This document shows, piece by piece, positions 60,243 through 64,000 of a stretch of DNA of 64,000 bases. Below the pieces are notes generated by a model that ran no database searches, was not told the origin of the DNA, and saw nothing but the letters and a program-made list of their open reading frames with translations. Origin of the DNA: Diadema antillarum (taxonomy: Eukaryota); contig NW_027271204.1 in the NCBI RefSeq assembly GCF_040938485.1, positions 620,001 through 684,000 of the forward strand, read 5' to 3'. Within the stretch, counting starts at the first letter, position 1. The number at the start of each line of letters is the position of its first letter. The position numbers were made by a program, and so were the translations under genes.

Positions 60243-62295
60243 CTACAGGATAACGCAAACGGATGACGAGGCGTCGTTACTGTCCAGTCTCTGGTATCGG
60301 TAGCCCGCGTCACCGTCCGCGGCGTAGACCGCGGCGCCGTTCATGTGCGACGTTGCCGCCCCGTGTGGCGCATTAATCACATTTGCGTTCACATCGTTGG
60401 CAGGTTGCTGCTGTGCTGCTGTCTTTGGCACTGATGATGACTTCCGGGAAGACTTTCGCTCCCTATCGCCGTCGGAGTCGCTCTCACTTCCTGAATCCGA
60501 TCCGGATCCGGAACTGCTTGTGTAAGAATCGTACGAGTCGTACGACGAACTCGAGTAGTCATCAGAATCCGAATCCGAATCTGAATCCGAATCAGAGCCC
60601 GAACCGCTGGAACTAGCTTGACCTACCGACGACCTATAGAAAAAAAAGATGAATGATTGAAATGAAATGATGAATTTGTTTTCCTCCGTGAAAAAAAAAA
60701 ATGAGGCAGATTGATTATTCTTAGAAAAAAAGAACAAACCCAATTTTCAATGATAGATTTACAGTTACCACCAACTAAACACTGCTAAAAGGCAGTTCGC
60801 ATGTCTATTGTGTACGTGATTTTTAGTTGTATTTGCTTGTCGAAGGAAAATAACCATGCATGGCGTAGACATTGGTAGATTGATTCGTAGTAATTTCGTA
60901 GGATTTTGGAATATCTGAGAAATCATCCAATATTGACAAGAAAACAATATCATTATTTACTAAACATATCTGAGATTACAAAGCTATCCATTGTCCAATG
61001 GCTTTAAACATCTTTAGACGTATCTCTCATTAATGTCCAAGCAGAAATTACTGGAAACTGCACGGTGTGCCTACTAAACAACGTTCAATCGTTCAATCAA
61101 AAGCTCAATCTTAACATTTATTTCAAACATTATGCCACTGGAGCGTGTCAGCCTGTTGATTCTAATATTGTCATAATAGCTTGTGAAATGTTTTAGCAAG
61201 AGACATCGATTTCAAAAAGTACGAAGTGATGTCAGTGTCTAAGTACCGCATTTGATCAAAGGAGATGAATCAAACTAACCTTCTTCTGCTACTAGCCTTT
61301 GAACTCCGTCTCATGATAAGGGATCTCTCCCATTCCTTGAGGTCACCTCCTTGGGACAGCCGCCGCATAATCTGGCTTCCCTCGATGCCATTTGGATTGA
61401 CAAGGGCCACGTAGGGAGGCTCGTATGATGACAATCTGCGACTGCTGACACTACCTCGTCTGGATCCGGCTACCGAAGATCTCCGACTCGAGACGGAGTC
61501 ACGCCGACTGGAGGTCGATGCTTTTCGGCTCGATACGGAAGGACGTCGACTAGAAACCGAGTCCCTCCGACTAGAAACCGAATCTCTCCGACTAGATACA
61601 GAATCCCTTCGACTTGATGACGAGCTCCTCCGAGGACTCTTACTGGAGTGTCGTCTAGCGTCGACGTACTCGCGGGCGAGGCTTGCGCTGGATGGGCGGC
61701 GACGATAGATCTGATCGTAGTCGTTCATGGAATGGGCGCTCACGTACGACTCCCTGTCGCTCGAAATTGATAGCCTTGGCGCATACCTCCCACTCCAACC
61801 GTTTCCGTTCTCGTACGCCGACATGATGTCCTCTACAGTGGAGAAGCGCACACTGGAGCTAGGCGAATCCCTACCCCGGCTGCTACCCGTGGATCTCGAG
61901 GATGACTTCCGCTTGATGATGGTCGGAGAAGGCGGCCTTCCGGCTTTTTCGTCTCGTCGTGTGCTGCTGACGCGTCGAATTTTGGGGTAACCCTCGTATG
62001 TGTCGCTGTGTATCGACGAGCTCTTCGACATTCTGCGATCCAGCGAGTGACTGCGATTGGAGTTATACCCCGACTCGGAAGACGTGCGGCTGCGGCGTCG
62101 AAGCTCCAGCTTCCCGCTGCTCTCCGAACGTCGGGTTGGCGGAGGATAGTAGATGCGGTCGTGGTGTGGATTGCTGAACGAGTTCTGGCGACTGAGTCGT
62201 CGGGACAGCCGCGATCGATCTTCTATCTCCTGGGCTGTGACTGCAGCATTGTACAGCTGCAGGAATCTCATGTGTTGGTCGTAGTTGAAATCCAT
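60243..62295 (-). CDS. Uncharacterised Ser/Arg-rich disordered protein with C-terminal CaaX (CVIL), 468 aa; coding exons 62295-61280 and 60633-60243
   Basis: The 341-codon ORF starts in a good context (aagcATGG). It ends at AG|GTTAGT (phase 2) and joins tttctatag|G in frame with the 60243-60743 ORF (1016+391 = 1407 nt), finishing ...SSSVCVIL*. Both exons are GC-rich relative to their flanks. Confidence 0.85.
61430..61625 (-). repeat. Coding 21-bp tandem repeat (about 9 x SSRRxSV)
   Basis: SSRRDSV SSRRDSV SSRRDSV SSRRPSV SSRKAST SSRRDSV SSRRSSV AGSRRGSV SSRRLSS. Confidence 0.9.
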
Positions 62296-62628
62296 GCTTG
62301 GTCGATTTCAGTCAAAGCGTACACAAATATTACTCACTTCCTGTTCCAAATGGCAAGTTCAACTGTAGACGAAGTAGAAAACTCAAATGGAAGAAGTCTC
62401 TTACACGTCACGCTTAGGTTGAGCTAACATTCTCTCATTGTGCTTTACTATCAAATAAGCTGTTTCGTCTTTTCTTCATATCAGGAATTTTCTTGAGCAA
62501 ATGAAGACGTGAGAAGAAGTTAATATATCCTTCACCGTACGTAAAATCATCTGAACCTGTTAACTTCTGTGAGCAATTATATTTCTGTAGCGGTGGTCGT
62601 CGAAAATGACGTCAAATAAACTTTCTAC

Positions 62629-62892
62629 CAGGTCCTCACAGGCGTACTATCGACGAGCGCATCAACTGAGAGGTTGTCATCTCACAAAATGTGTATTCAC
62701 GTGACCAGCTGTCCTGCCGAGTCCTCTGACGCCAAGGAGAGACGGATCTGGGCTATCGATCTATATCTGCTCTTGCTTCAACGAATGGCGTTATCGATTG
62801 TTTGCGTGTTCTTGTGCCGCTACGATCACTCGAGTGGTTTGCTTTCTGACTCCGCTCTCATCAACACGTCCCGTATATTTCAGATCGAGGTC
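62629..62892 (-). other. Probable non-coding 5'-UTR exon of the Ser/Arg-CaaX gene
   Basis: Pyrimidine-rich acceptor (tttctctttcacactacacag|) at 62893, donor CTG|GTAGAA at 62628, and stops in all three frames. A second strong acceptor (ttttctacttcgtctacag|) at 62363 opens the large coding exon 67 nt before the ATG. Confidence 0.5.
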
Positions 62893-64000
62893 CTGTGTAG
62901 TGTGAAAGAGAAAGAAAATGGCGAAGAAATTAATCATCAGTTTATCTTTATCCTACCGACTTCGCAACATTTTGAATAATTCACAAGCATAATACATGTG
63001 ACTTTGAATAATATCACCTTTCGACATCACTATGCACACTGATTTTCACAAAGATTTGGAAAGACGTTTGGTTTCGTTTCACTTTCTCAGGTTGTTGAAG
63101 TCCATAATGTTGCCATCATTTTACTTTGAAACATATCGATTTCGACCCTGGATGAGTCTTTTAGTACTTAGAAAAAGGACATGAAAGCCATATTTTTGGG
63201 GGTGCAAAACCACAGTAAACATACGCTCTACTTTGCAGAGGAGTCTTGGTACGATCCTTCATAAGACCTGAATTTGACAGTCTTACTTTTTTAGAGGTAC
63301 AGGGTTTTGTGCTTCGTAAGTTGTCAGCTGTACCTACTAACAGATAGTCAACAGGTCTGTTGAATGTCTTATGATATCATCAAACCATAATGCTGAATGA
63401 ACCGAAATCAAACCACAAATGCCTGCCACTAAACAACAGATATGAAGGACTCATACAACACTATTGATTTCAAGTATTTCGGTCCTAAAATAAACAACTA
63501 AAAGTTGATCTAAATCCTATCTTTATCAACAACAGGAACACCAACATGTTTTCCATGAGCAACATCAAGTTAAGTCAGTTGATATCCTATGTTCAGTTGA
63601 ATACTTCTCCAGAGTCCGTTTCATGAAGTTATCCCATAAAAGTTTGTACATAAATCTCAGAGATCGGCCAAAGTCACCTATTTCTATGTACACATGTAGT
63701 TATGTAGAGAAGTAAAATTCATTTCATGAAATCTCTCATAAGTGTGTCTTATTCCTTTTGAGCAAACAGTCTCTCATAAGACTTTTATGAAACGTTCCAC
63801 TGGCCCTTCTTGGCCAGACAATGATTATTAGGCCTGTCGCACCGCGCGTTTGATAGATTTTGAATGCCAGTAACCATGGTAACTGATGGTTTCAGTGACG
63901 AAATCCTACGCTAGGTCTATGATAAACATGATAAAGAAGTTCCAGCAGAATACCAAGGGACAGCAGAACATGGAATCTAGAAATCGCCTCTGCTAACCTT

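Noticed and set aside
51397-61280. Chimeric splicing from the Ser/Arg gene's large exon into hydrolase copy D
   Set aside because: The donor at 61280 is phase 2 and the acceptor at 51397 is phase 0, so the join is out of frame.
61727-62427. Plus-strand ORFs (87 and 139 aa) overlapping the Ser/Arg exon
   Set aside because: They are antisense shadows of a GC-rich coding exon, with no splice or motif support.

Overview
AT-rich, intron-containing animal genomic DNA with four short N gaps. An invertebrate deuterostome such as a sea urchin is my inference from repeat style, not something I can prove. No CRISPR, rRNA or true tRNA genes are visible. Positions 1-51.4 kb hold a head-to-tail, minus-strand tandem array of four 8-exon genes for a serine beta-lactamase-family hydrolase (motifs SSTK / GYH / HPG, 434 aa, N-terminal hydrophobic segment). 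Copy A is partial at the left edge, B (7541-21994) and C (25776-32816) are intact, and D (36989-51396) has intact exons 2-8 but has lost the ATG/hydrophobic half of exon 1, which is replaced by a good in-frame splice acceptor. A candidate remote 'ATG GAG|GTAAG' micro first exon lies at 56886-56891. The paralogs are sequence mosaics and act as filled/empty-site controls for more than 20 transposon insertions (Kolobok-type TTAA MITEs, Tc1/mariner, EnSpm, Academ-like, IS3EU-like, unclassified 6-bp-TSD MITEs, a decayed PIF/Harbinger element, SINE and LINE tails). At the right end a minus-strand gene (coding exons 62295-61280 and 60633-60243, 468 aa) encodes a disordered Ser/Arg protein with a tandem polymer of SRRxSxxS kinase-relay motifs, an acidic Ser/Asp tract and a C-terminal CaaX box (CVIL). 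I do not recognise its family, and it is the most intriguing object in the window.
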